The notes beneath the pieces are model-generated. The model was given only the letters and a program-made list of their open reading frames with translations. It was not told where the DNA came from and ran no database searches. The position numbers and the translations under genes are program-made. Of a stretch of DNA of 32,000 nt, positions 17,278 through 25,453 are shown in pieces (within the stretch, counting starts at the first letter, position 1; the number at the start of each line of letters is the position of its first letter). Source of the DNA: an uncultured archaeon (GTDB lineage Archaea > Iainarchaeota > Iainarchaeia > Iainarchaeales > JAAZKV01); contig CAZKBG010000001.1 in NCBI GenBank assembly GCA_964551375.1, forward strand, positions 450,001-482,000, in the 5' to 3' direction.

Positions 17278-19046
17278 TACCTTCCCCCCGGAATAGGTTT
17301 GATTAAAGTCCAATAATCAACAACAGCAGTTCTTGCAGTGGTTCCGGCGCTTTTAATTATATAAAAAGTAGGTCCTGTTTCTCTCCCTGCTGCAATAGGC
17401 ACATTTGAGCCGATTACTCCAACATTTGTGTCATTAATGTAAAAAGTCGCGCCGTTGCCTGTTGCATTAAAATCAATTTTGAATCTTGCCCAGCTGGTGC
17501 TCACAGCAGCAGACGTATTTACTTTTGTTCGGGTTGAGTTATTTGAAGCAGCAATTCTCCAATTCAAAGACTGAGTCCTGTCATATTCGAAATACACTCC
17601 GTCAACAAAATCAGCGCTTGGAGAATCCCCTAAACCCATTCTAACAATATAATTATTTGTTGCATCAGCAAGAATAGGAAGCTGCATGCTAAATTCAATA
17701 ACTTCGTCTCCGGATAAACGAACAGTAGTAATTCCAAGATCAACGCAGGATCTTCCTTTCGCAGTTGTTCCGGTAGTCATAGTCAATAATCCAATACGAT
17801 TAACATCAGCAAGCCCGCAAGAAGCAGCAGCGCCTGCGCCGTTCACAGTAAGCGACCAGCCAAGTGCACCAAGCCTTCCTGTAACATTGTTTGAGCCAAC
17901 AAACGGCTCTTGAAGAACTGTCGCATAAGATAAACTCCCTGGAATATAATCAAGCCCAGGAGTTACTGTTTGAAGCACTCCGTTTCCATCATGCTTCAAT
18001 AACCCAGTCGGAAGAGTAGATAACGCAAATGCATTAGGAAGACGAGCATCAGGAGTTCGAATTATATAATTTGCATCAGCAGGCGCCCCCGCAGGACCAA
18101 GCCTGTTAAGGTCAGAAATCAAGTAACAAGTATTTGCGTCGCAAAGCTTATTCAAATCCGATTTTAAGAAACCTATTGTGTTCAAATCAATCTGCCACTT
18201 ATTTAAAATACTCAACAATCCGAGAGAATAAACATTCCCGTCAGGAGTACCGCCAACACAAGCGCCTTGAGTAACGCATTGCGCAGAATTTATTGAAACC
18301 TGAATAAAAGTAGTTGCTGAGCCGATATTAGAATCAATTCTTAAAATTCCTGAATAAACACCCGCGGTTTGATTTGCAGGGAATGATATTGTAAGATTGA
18401 CATTTTGTGATGCATTTGCATCAAGAGCGGATGGAAGAGCGCCAAGAGAAACAAGCGGAGAAACATTCCCTGTTATTGAGGAAGTAAAACTTCCGGCTTT
18501 TCCGCCGGATTGATTCCAAAGATTAATCGGATGACTTGTATTATACCCAGTATTATAGTCAACCGCAACCAAAATCATTGCGGGAGTAAGGCTTATTCCA
18601 AGAGTTTCACTTGCAAGACTCACAGCCCCAGACGAATCAACTTCAAGAGTAAGAGTTTGAACCCCTTCAGTTATAGGAAGAGCTCCGGAAACATTTGCTT
18701 TTGTGTCAGCATAATAAGTGACATTTCTATCCCCTGAAAGAATAACCAATCTTACCAAATTATTCTGCAAAGAATATGAAATAACATCAGGAGGCATTTC
18801 AACATCAACGCTGATCCTGCTTCCAGGGCCAAGAGCATACACCTGATTAATTGCGGATGCAATTTTATTCACCGCAGTAATAGCTTTTGAGTCATTAATT
18901 GAATTAGTCACCGTGCTTGTGGAGTAAAAGAAAATAATTCCCACAAAAACCAGCACAATTCCAGCAACCACAATATATTCCAGCGCAACCTGCGCCCTGC
19001 TTTTGCCGCGTGTGTTATTATTGATTGAATTAAGAATTTCCAACAC
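17277..19046 (-). CDS. Large class III pilin-like protein with Ig-like region and C-terminal tail-fibre/LamG-like module
   Basis: N-terminus GKSRAQVALEYIVVAGIVLVFVGIIFFYS. Ig-like region (NQSGGKAGSFTSSITGNVSPLVSLG...NLTISFPANQTAGVYSGILRI). C-terminal LPTGLLKHDGNGVLQTVTPGLDYIPG and LGALGWSLTVNGAGA...YWTLIKP. Confidence 0.75.
   Translation of the reverse strand: MLEILNSINNNTRGKSRAQVALEYIVVAGIVLVFVGIIFFYSTSTVTNSINDSKAITAVNKIASAINQVYALGPGSRISVDVEMPPDVISYSLQNNLVRLVILSGDRNVTYYADTKANVSGALPITEGVQTLTLEVDSSGAVSLASETLGISLTPAMILVAVDYNTGYNTSHPINLWNQSGGKAGSFTSSITGNVSPLVSLGALPSALDANASQNVNLTISFPANQTAGVYSGILRIDSNIGSATTFIQVSINSAQCVTQGACVGGTPDGNVYSLGLLSILNKWQIDLNTIGFLKSDLNKLCDANTCYLISDLNRLGPAGAPADANYIIRTPDARLPNAFALSTLPTGLLKHDGNGVLQTVTPGLDYIPGSLSYATVLQEPFVGSNNVTGRLGALGWSLTVNGAGAAASCGLADVNRIGLLTMTTGTTAKGRSCVDLGITTVRLSGDEVIEFSMQLPILADATNNYIVRMGLGDSPSADFVDGVYFEYDRTQSLNWRIAASNNSTRTKVNTSAAVSTSWARFKIDFNATGNGATFYINDTNVGVIGSNVPIAAGRETGPTFYIIKSAGTTARTAVVDYWTLIKPIPGGR
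18160..18244. repeat. DNA-level direct repeat, copy B (partner 17123..17207)
   Basis: See copy A. Encodes VYSLGLLSILNKWQIDLNTIGFLKS versus VYSLGLLNTSNKWLIDLNTIDVLKS. Confidence 0.8.
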
Positions 19047-19181
19047 CCGATAGGAATAGTTTTTTCACTTTAATAAGGTTTTCCAAGCAGCAAAAATTCA
19101 GCAAATCGCCAAAACAAGCGATTATACCCAGTTTATACGGTTTAAAAAACCTCCCCTAAATGCAATAATTAGTGATTGTAA

Positions 19182-20177
19182 ATGACAAAAAAAATTGACC
19201 CAAAAAAAGCCCTGTTCAAAAAATCAGTGGAGCTTGGGGAAGGAAAAATACAAGGCTATAATTTTGACGAAGCGTTTGATGCTAAAAAATTCTTTGACTC
19301 GTTTAAAGACACCGGCTTTCAGGCAACAAATCTTGGAAAAGCAATTGAACTTACAAAAAAAATGCAAAAAGAAAGCGCATTCATATTCCTTGGATTCACT
19401 TCAAACGTAGGAACAAGCGGATTAAGAGAACAAGTAACTTATTTGACAAAAAATAAATTAGTTCACTTTTTATTGACAACAACAGGAGGGCTTGAAGAGG
19501 ACATAATCAAAACGCACGGGAACTTTCTTCACGGCGATTTTGAAGCAGACGGAGCAGAGCTAAGAGAAAAAGGAGTAAACAGAACAGGAAATATTTTTGT
19601 TCCAAACGAAAGATACATCTGGTTTGAGCAGTTCATGCAGCCTTTTTTGAAAAAACTTTACGATGAGCAAAAAAAGACCGGAAAAATAATTGACAATGTT
19701 GAATTTATCAAAAAACTCGGAAAAGAGCTTGAGGGAAAAGCAAATTCAAAAGAAAGCTTCACTTACTGGGCATACAAAAATAACATTCCGCTGCTATGCG
19801 TTCCGCTTGCCGACGGAGCAATAGGAGACCACATTTACCTTTTCAAAAAAGAACACCCTGACTTTATGATTGATTTAACAAAAGAACTTGAAGTGCTTTA
19901 CGACACTGCAATAATACAGGATAAAATCGGAGCAATAATAATCGGCGGAAGCGTTCCAAAACACCACATCATGGCGGCATGCATGCTAAGAGAAGGAGCT
20001 GATTACACTGTTTACATTAACACTGGATATGAAGGGGAAGGAAGCAACGCAGGAGCAAACCCGGAAGAAGCAAAATCATGGGGCAAAGCAGCTCACAACA
20101 AAGACAGCGTAAAAGTTTGGTGCGAAGCAACAATCGCATTCCCAATACTTGTAGCAGCAGGATTTAAGTTGAAATAA
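19182..20177 (+). CDS. dys: Deoxyhypusine synthase
   Basis: TSNVGTSGLREQVTYL, LLTTTGGLEEDIIKTHG, GSVPKHHI, SNAGANPEEAKSWGKAAHNKDSVKVWCEATIAFPILVAAGF, which are hallmark DHS motifs. Confidence 0.93.
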   Translation: MTKKIDPKKALFKKSVELGEGKIQGYNFDEAFDAKKFFDSFKDTGFQATNLGKAIELTKKMQKESAFIFLGFTSNVGTSGLREQVTYLTKNKLVHFLLTTTGGLEEDIIKTHGNFLHGDFEADGAELREKGVNRTGNIFVPNERYIWFEQFMQPFLKKLYDEQKKTGKIIDNVEFIKKLGKELEGKANSKESFTYWAYKNNIPLLCVPLADGAIGDHIYLFKKEHPDFMIDLTKELEVLYDTAIIQDKIGAIIIGGSVPKHHIMAACMLREGADYTVYINTGYEGEGSNAGANPEEAKSWGKAAHNKDSVKVWCEATIAFPILVAAGFKLK

Positions 20178-20230
20178 CAAATTAAAGCAAAATATTTTGC
20201 TTCTTTAAAAAAAGTCAGCCAAAATAAAAA

Positions 20231-20800
20231 CTACTTAAACTCAACCACATATTTTCTAAAATCGCTTGGGTGATGCGCAACAGCCGCCGCCCTGCTCGGA
20301 GATAACCCTTCAAGATACTCTACCACAAGCTTTATTGAGTCCTCATGCGCGCAAATTGCAACATTTTTTCTTTCTTTTTTCATAAACCTCAAAACATCGC
20401 TCATGAAAGGAAAAACCCTTTTTGAAACTGCAAGCAGGCTTTCCCCATTAGGAATTTCAAAATGATACTGCCCGTGAGGGTCAAGAGCTTTTTTTGAATT
20501 TAATTTAAATTCATCAGCAGAAATAAAACCAGTAATTGCGCCAAAATTTCTCTCACGCAATCTGTGGTCAATTACAACTTTAGCCCTTAAATGAGTTGCA
20601 AGAGTTATTGCAAGAGTTTCTTTTGAAGCGATTAAATCAGAACAGAACGCAACATCAATTCTTTCATTTTTTAATTTTCTTTCAAGCTCTCTTGCCTGAT
20701 TCTCGCCCTTGCTGCTCAAAGGCAAATCAACCCAGCCAGTAAGAAGATTATCAGCAAAATGAAGCTCCCCGCTTCTAAAAACAATAATTGATAGTTTCAT
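20231..20800 (-). CDS. Histidine-phosphatase-superfamily fold protein, catalytic His substituted (RHG to RSG)
   Basis: FRSGELHFADN...LSSKGENQARELERKL...LRERNFGAITG...NGESLLAVSKRV. The codon at the His position reads AGC (Ser). Confidence 0.75.
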   Translation of the reverse strand: MKLSIIVFRSGELHFADNLLTGWVDLPLSSKGENQARELERKLKNERIDVAFCSDLIASKETLAITLATHLRAKVVIDHRLRERNFGAITGFISADEFKLNSKKALDPHGQYHFEIPNGESLLAVSKRVFPFMSDVLRFMKKERKNVAICAHEDSIKLVVEYLEGLSPSRAAAVAHHPSDFRKYVVEFK

Positions 20801-20918
20801 ATAGTAATTAGCACTGGACGAGTTTTTATTTATTAACTACGCTTAAGAATTTTCAAAAAACAAATCAATAGTTAACTTGTCCAATAAATTGAGTTTGGTT
20901 TAAGCAAAAGCTGTATTC

Positions 20919-20951
20919 ACAAACCAACCTCTTTCTCCCAAAGCTCAACAA
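20919..20951. repeat. 33-bp direct repeat, copy 1 (ACAAACCAACCTCTTTCTCCCAAAGCTCAACAA)
   Basis: Exact copy at 21024..21056, offset exactly 105 bp. Confidence 0.95.
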
Positions 20952-20962
20952 CGATACCGCAC

Positions 20963-20980
20963 GCACCGTTTCGCCGGTGC
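20963..20980. repeat. GC-rich hairpin GCACCG-TTTCGC-CGGTGC
   Basis: Perfect 6-bp inverted repeat inside the 72-bp spacer between the 33-bp repeats. Confidence 0.75.
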
Positions 20981-20988
20981 ATCACGAT

Positions 20989-21005
20989 GCCGGGACAAAC
21001 CCGGC
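20989..21005. repeat. GC-rich hairpin GCCGGG-ACAAA-CCCGGC
   Basis: Perfect 6-bp inverted repeat inside the same spacer. Confidence 0.75.
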
Positions 21006-21021
21006 TGCGCAACAATAACTT

Positions 21022-21558
21022 CTACAAACCAACCTCTTTCTCCCAAAGCTCAACAAAGTTATCAACAAGCTCGTCAAGAAAACTCTTTTTATATTCTACA
21101 AAAAGCCCCATGATGCTGTCCTTATCGCCCAAATTAAAATAAATTTTCCCCCGGATTGTTTTCTGAAGAACTATCTTGGAAGAAAGAAGCTTCTGCATAT
21201 GAAAACTTGTAGTCGAAAGCCCAAGACCTACATTTTTTGAAATCACAGGAAGAGTAGCCCTTCTTTTCTGCATCAAAAACAAAACAATTTTTCTAACTGA
21301 ATCCTGCCTCAAAAGATTCATCAGCTTAGTATCCCTAACATCAGTCTGCAGAGCATAAAAACGCGAAAACTTCCCCTCTTTTTCTTCGCGGATAAAATTT
21401 TTCTTTTTTAAATAATCAAGATGATACTGCATTGCGCCGTTTGCAATATTAGTCCTTCTCTGGACTTCCCTAAAATGAAGCCCGGGATTTTTTACAATAG
21501 TAGAATAAATCCGGTCTCTTGGCGTAAGTGCTACCGCTTCATCAAGGCGCTTTAACAT
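21022..21558 (-). CDS. Transcriptional regulator with two tandem winged-helix domains
   Basis: HFREVQRRTNIANGAMQYHLDYLKKKNFIREEKEGKFSRFYAL (wHTH 1) and LPVISKNVGLGLSTTSFHMQKLLSSKIVLQKTIRGKIYFNL (wHTH 2). Stop is TAG. Confidence 0.83.
   Translation of the reverse strand: MLKRLDEAVALTPRDRIYSTIVKNPGLHFREVQRRTNIANGAMQYHLDYLKKKNFIREEKEGKFSRFYALQTDVRDTKLMNLLRQDSVRKIVLFLMQKRRATLPVISKNVGLGLSTTSFHMQKLLSSKIVLQKTIRGKIYFNLGDKDSIMGLFVEYKKSFLDELVDNFVELWEKEVGL
21024..21056. repeat. 33-bp direct repeat, copy 2 (3' end of the wHTH gene)
   Basis: Exact match to 20919..20951. Encodes VELWEKEVGL followed by the stop region. Confidence 0.95.
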
Positions 21559-21577
21559 AAGTACTCACCCTGCACAC

Positions 21578-21940
21578 TCATTTTCTGAATATAGCCACAA
21601 AAAGCCCCGCAATAATCAATAAGTCAAAGAAAGACTGGATTGAGTAATTGAAAAAGTTCCCGCTTGAAACATACAAATCAAGAACAACCAAAAGCGACTT
21701 AATAAAAAATAACGCAAACGCAGCGCTTACCCACGCAAGCTTAGACGACTTCTTTTTCTTCCACGCAAGCGCGGAGATGGCAAAAATACCAAGCGAAACA
21801 AGCAAAAGAACCCACACAATTACCGGCTCAATAATCCCGATTGCGGCTGCAGGCGCCCTTAAAGGATCCCAAGGCGCGGCAAAAACAACCGATGCTAAAA
21901 ACAAAAAGAATAAAGAAACTGCCACTATTTTCGCAATCAT
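21578..21940 (-). CDS. Small multi-TM membrane protein, likely co-transcribed with the wHTH regulator
   Basis: N-terminal signal or TM helix plus about 3 further hydrophobic helices. 19-nt gap to the regulator start. Confidence 0.65.
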   Translation of the reverse strand: MIAKIVAVSLFFLFLASVVFAAPWDPLRAPAAAIGIIEPVIVWVLLLVSLGIFAISALAWKKKKSSKLAWVSAAFALFFIKSLLVVLDLYVSSGNFFNYSIQSFFDLLIIAGLFVAIFRK

Positions 21941-22110
21941 TTACACCACCCAAATAATGCCGGCCAGAAACCTTTCCAGCTCGCAAAAATATAACACACA
22001 AGAGGTTAAAAACCTCTTGAGGTGAAATGACAGGACTGACAAACACTTGTTTGCCCTTTATTAAAGCGGTTTTGGTACAATTATTACCACTAAAAACTTC
22101 TGTAGAAAAA

Positions 22111-23520
22111 TTAAATTTTTGCTAGTTTTTGTTTTAACTTTTCCTGCACATCTTTAGGACTCGTAGTGCCCTTTGTTTCCCTCATTACAAGACCCGCGAG
22201 GAAGTTAAACGATTTTTCGTTTCCTGATTTAAAATCAGCAGCAGCTTTCTCATTTGAGGCAATGACTTTCTCAACAATAGCGTCAAGATTAATCGCCGAG
22301 GAAATTAATAGATTGTTCTTTTCCAAGTAAGCTTTCGGAGAGGATTTGTCTCCAGAAATATAATTAATCACAGCCTGTTTGGAGTTTTTATCAGAAACTT
22401 TTCCAGCCAGAAGAAGGGCGACAAGCTCTGCTAAATCGCCCGCATTTATTTTAACATCCTTCCAGTCAAGCGAGTCATGATTTAAAACCGCAAGCACTTC
22501 CCTAGTCAGAATTCTTGCGCTCAAAACCGGATCAGCCTTTTTTTGAGTCAATTCATCAAACAATTTTCCTAAATTAAAATCCCTGCACAAAACTTTTGCG
22601 TCATATTCGCTCAATTTAAATTCGCTGATAAGCCGTGATGCTTTGGCATCAGGAAGCTCAGGCATTTCAGCTTTTACTTTAATCAAATAATCCCTGCCCA
22701 AAGATACTTTCACAAGATCAGGATCAAAAATATATCCATAATCATCTTCAGTTTCTTTCTTTCTTAGTTCAACAGTGGTTGAATTTTCAGCATTAAACGC
22801 TCTTGTGTGCTGCTCAATTACCCTGCCCATTTTTACTTCCTGCTTCTGCCTTGCAATTTCATAAGTTAAAGCAGTTTCAGCCGCGGCAAAACCAGAAACA
22901 TTTTTTATTTCAACTCTCTTCCCGCCGTTGATTGAAACATTGCAGTCAACTTTAAGCGTAGTATCAGGCTTGAGCACGTGAAGATAACTTAAAATATTTT
23001 CCAGTTTATTCAAAAACTCCCTTGCTTCCTGCGGAGAGGACAAATCAGGCTCTGTAACAATTTCAACAAGCGCTAAGCCTGAGCGATTGTAATCAATTAA
23101 AACATAAGAACTCTTCCCCATTCCGTCAGGATGAACAAGCGCCGCGGGGTCCCATTCAATATGCGCTCTTTTTATTTTTATTTTCTTTCCGCCAGAAAGA
23201 AGCATGAATCCGTTTTCAGCAACAGGAACTTCATACTGCGTAATCTGATAATTCATGCTCATATCAGGATAAAAGTAAGTTTTTCTGCTGAAGAAAAAGT
23301 TCTCATTAATTTTGCAATTTAATGCAAGTCCAACTTTAGTCCCAAGCTCAACCGCAGCTTCGTTTAAAACAGGCTTGCTTCCTGGATGCCCAAGGCAAAT
23401 AGGACAGCACGCCGTATTAGGTTCGACTGCGTCAGTGCTGCATGAACAAAATAGTTTTGATTTTGTTCCAAGATAAGCATGAATCTCAAGTCCGATTATT
23501 ACGCTTGTATTATCCGCCAA
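22111..23520 (-). CDS. gatB: Asp/Glu-tRNA amidotransferase subunit B
   Basis: VIIGLEIHAYLGTKSKLFCSC, CCPICLGHPGSKPVLNEAAV, KTYFYPDMSMNYQITQY, IDYNRSGLALVEIVTEPDL. Confidence 0.96.
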   Translation of the reverse strand: MADNTSVIIGLEIHAYLGTKSKLFCSCSTDAVEPNTACCPICLGHPGSKPVLNEAAVELGTKVGLALNCKINENFFFSRKTYFYPDMSMNYQITQYEVPVAENGFMLLSGGKKIKIKRAHIEWDPAALVHPDGMGKSSYVLIDYNRSGLALVEIVTEPDLSSPQEAREFLNKLENILSYLHVLKPDTTLKVDCNVSINGGKRVEIKNVSGFAAAETALTYEIARQKQEVKMGRVIEQHTRAFNAENSTTVELRKKETEDDYGYIFDPDLVKVSLGRDYLIKVKAEMPELPDAKASRLISEFKLSEYDAKVLCRDFNLGKLFDELTQKKADPVLSARILTREVLAVLNHDSLDWKDVKINAGDLAELVALLLAGKVSDKNSKQAVINYISGDKSSPKAYLEKNNLLISSAINLDAIVEKVIASNEKAAADFKSGNEKSFNFLAGLVMRETKGTTSPKDVQEKLKQKLAKI

Positions 23521-24000
23521 TTATTCCACCCTCATAATCATTCTTGTCATAAGCGGTTTTAATCCATTTTTTGTGTAAAGCCCTATCGCAGCAGTATTTG
23601 ACACATCAACATCCAATACAACAAAATCCGCCGAAACCCTTTTTCCAAATCGCTTCGCTTCAAGGAATAATCTTTTTGCAACGCCCCTTCTTCTAAATTC
23701 AGGCTCAACAAACATATCAGTTACTGCCGCTTGTTTTTTATATTTAAAAATTGGAATCCCTTCTTTATATGTGCAGAAAATATACCCCACAATTTTTCCC
23801 CCGCTCTGCGCAAGGTAAAACATTGAATTCTTTGAAGCAAGGTGTTCAGTAAAAAACTTTTTCACCTGCTTTTGGAAATTAACCTGAAGCGAGTAAAATT
23901 TGTCAATATCTTCATGCGAGCGCGCAAGTTTTTCCTGCAAAGACACAAGCGTGTCAAGATCCTTAATAGTCGCAGGCCTATAATTTATTTCATCACTCAT
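23521..24000 (-). CDS. GNAT-family N-acetyltransferase
   Basis: YRPATIKDLDTLVSLQEKL, VTDMFVEPEFRRRGVAKRLFLEAKRFG, AIGLYTKNGLKPL. Confidence 0.88.
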   Translation of the reverse strand: MSDEINYRPATIKDLDTLVSLQEKLARSHEDIDKFYSLQVNFQKQVKKFFTEHLASKNSMFYLAQSGGKIVGYIFCTYKEGIPIFKYKKQAAVTDMFVEPEFRRRGVAKRLFLEAKRFGKRVSADFVVLDVDVSNTAAIGLYTKNGLKPLMTRMIMRVE

Positions 24001-25412
24001 GAATCATTCACCTTTCCAAAAGAATACAGCCTTTTTTCCTGCAAGTGAGGCGCAACCGCCATCAAGCCGACAGGAAGTCCCTGGCTAAATCCAGCATTAA
24101 TGCTTAAGTGAGGCAGTCCGGCAAGATTAGCAGGAACCGTGCACAAATCCATCGCAAAATTCTGCATAGGAGTAAGCTTCTCAATCTCATCAAACTTTGG
24201 CGCAATAACCGGCATTGTAGGATACAAAAGCAAATCATAACTTTTAAACGCGCTGTTAAATTCATTGATTAATTTTGTTCTAACTCTCATTGCTTTTAAG
24301 TAATAAGCGTCACGATAGCCCGACATTCTTGCAAAAGTTCCAAGAATTATTCTTCTCTTAGCTTCATCACTAAATTCTTTGCTTCTGATTTCAGAAAAAT
24401 ACTCGTCAAAATGCTTGCCTTCAACTGCCCCTTGTGCGCCGTACCTTAACCCAGAAAGTTTTGCAAGATTTGTGGATGCTTCGCTTGTCGCAATCACATA
24501 ATACGCGCTAAGAGCGTACTTTACATTCAAAGGCAGACTCACTTCTTCAATTCTATAAAATTTTTTCAACTCATCAATCTTCTTCTGAACAACTTCCCTC
24601 ACAAGAGGGTCGCATCCTTCAAAAAAATCTTTCACAACAGCCATTTTCTTTAAAGGATAATCTTCAGCCTTAAATCCGTTTGAAAGAGAAGTGGAGTCCT
24701 TTGAATCAGGCCCGCTGATTGCTTCAAGCAAAAGCGAAGCATCTTCAATATTTTTCCCGATGCTCCCGATTTTATCAAGCGAATTCGCATAATCAATTAA
24801 TCCAAATCTTGAAACAAGCCCGTATGTTGGAGTGATTCCAACACAGCCGCAAAAACTCGCAGGAGCAGCAATGCTCCCCCCAGTGCTTTCCCCGATTGCA
24901 ATATGATAATTTTTTGTAAACGCAGTAAATCCCGCAGCCCCTCCGCTTGAGCCCCCGCAGGAGCGCAGATTATCAAAAGGATTTTTTGGAACCTTTTCAG
25001 TGTGAGTCGCAAATGTTCCGAACCCAAATTCATCCTGCGTAGTTTTTGCCAATATTATTGCCCCTTCAGCTCTTGCGCGCTCAATAACAGTCGCATCAAA
25101 AAGAGGCTTGTATCCTTTAAGTATTTTTGAGCCCGCTTTTGATTCAATCCCCTTAACGCAGATCGCATCTTTAACAGTAACAGGAATTCCAAAAAGTTTT
25201 CCATTATATTTAGAGTCTTTTTTTTCAAAACTCTTCTTAAGTTCAGCAACCTGCCTCAACACATCCGCTGAATCAAACTCTTCAATATAGTTCAAGCCCT
25301 TTGCCTGAGTAAATCTAATTTCCTGAATAATTTGAGCAACATTATTTTCAACCACAGAAAAGTCTTTTTTTGCCGATTCAACAAAAAACCTTGCAGTATC
25401 TTCGCGTTTCAT
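23997..25412 (-). CDS. gatA: Asp/Glu-tRNA amidotransferase subunit A (amidase)
   Basis: Amidase signature: GIPVTVKDAICVKGIESKAGSKIL, NLRSCGGSSGGAAG, GESTGGSIAAPASFCGCVGITPTYGLVSRFG. ATG at 25412 versus upstream GTG at 25421. Confidence 0.95.
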   Translation of the reverse strand: MKREDTARFFVESAKKDFSVVENNVAQIIQEIRFTQAKGLNYIEEFDSADVLRQVAELKKSFEKKDSKYNGKLFGIPVTVKDAICVKGIESKAGSKILKGYKPLFDATVIERARAEGAIILAKTTQDEFGFGTFATHTEKVPKNPFDNLRSCGGSSGGAAGFTAFTKNYHIAIGESTGGSIAAPASFCGCVGITPTYGLVSRFGLIDYANSLDKIGSIGKNIEDASLLLEAISGPDSKDSTSLSNGFKAEDYPLKKMAVVKDFFEGCDPLVREVVQKKIDELKKFYRIEEVSLPLNVKYALSAYYVIATSEASTNLAKLSGLRYGAQGAVEGKHFDEYFSEIRSKEFSDEAKRRIILGTFARMSGYRDAYYLKAMRVRTKLINEFNSAFKSYDLLLYPTMPVIAPKFDEIEKLTPMQNFAMDLCTVPANLAGLPHLSINAGFSQGLPVGLMAVAPHLQEKRLYSFGKVNDS

Positions 25413-25453
25413 CAAAATCACATTTTATTATTAAACAAAAATTCCAAAAATTC

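Noticed and set aside
9196-19046. Canonical archaellum (arl) operon
   Set aside because: The ATPase, GspF proteins and class III pilins fit, but no ArlC/D/E/F/G-like genes are recognisable. Two GspF genes plus large adhesins argue for a different pilus type.
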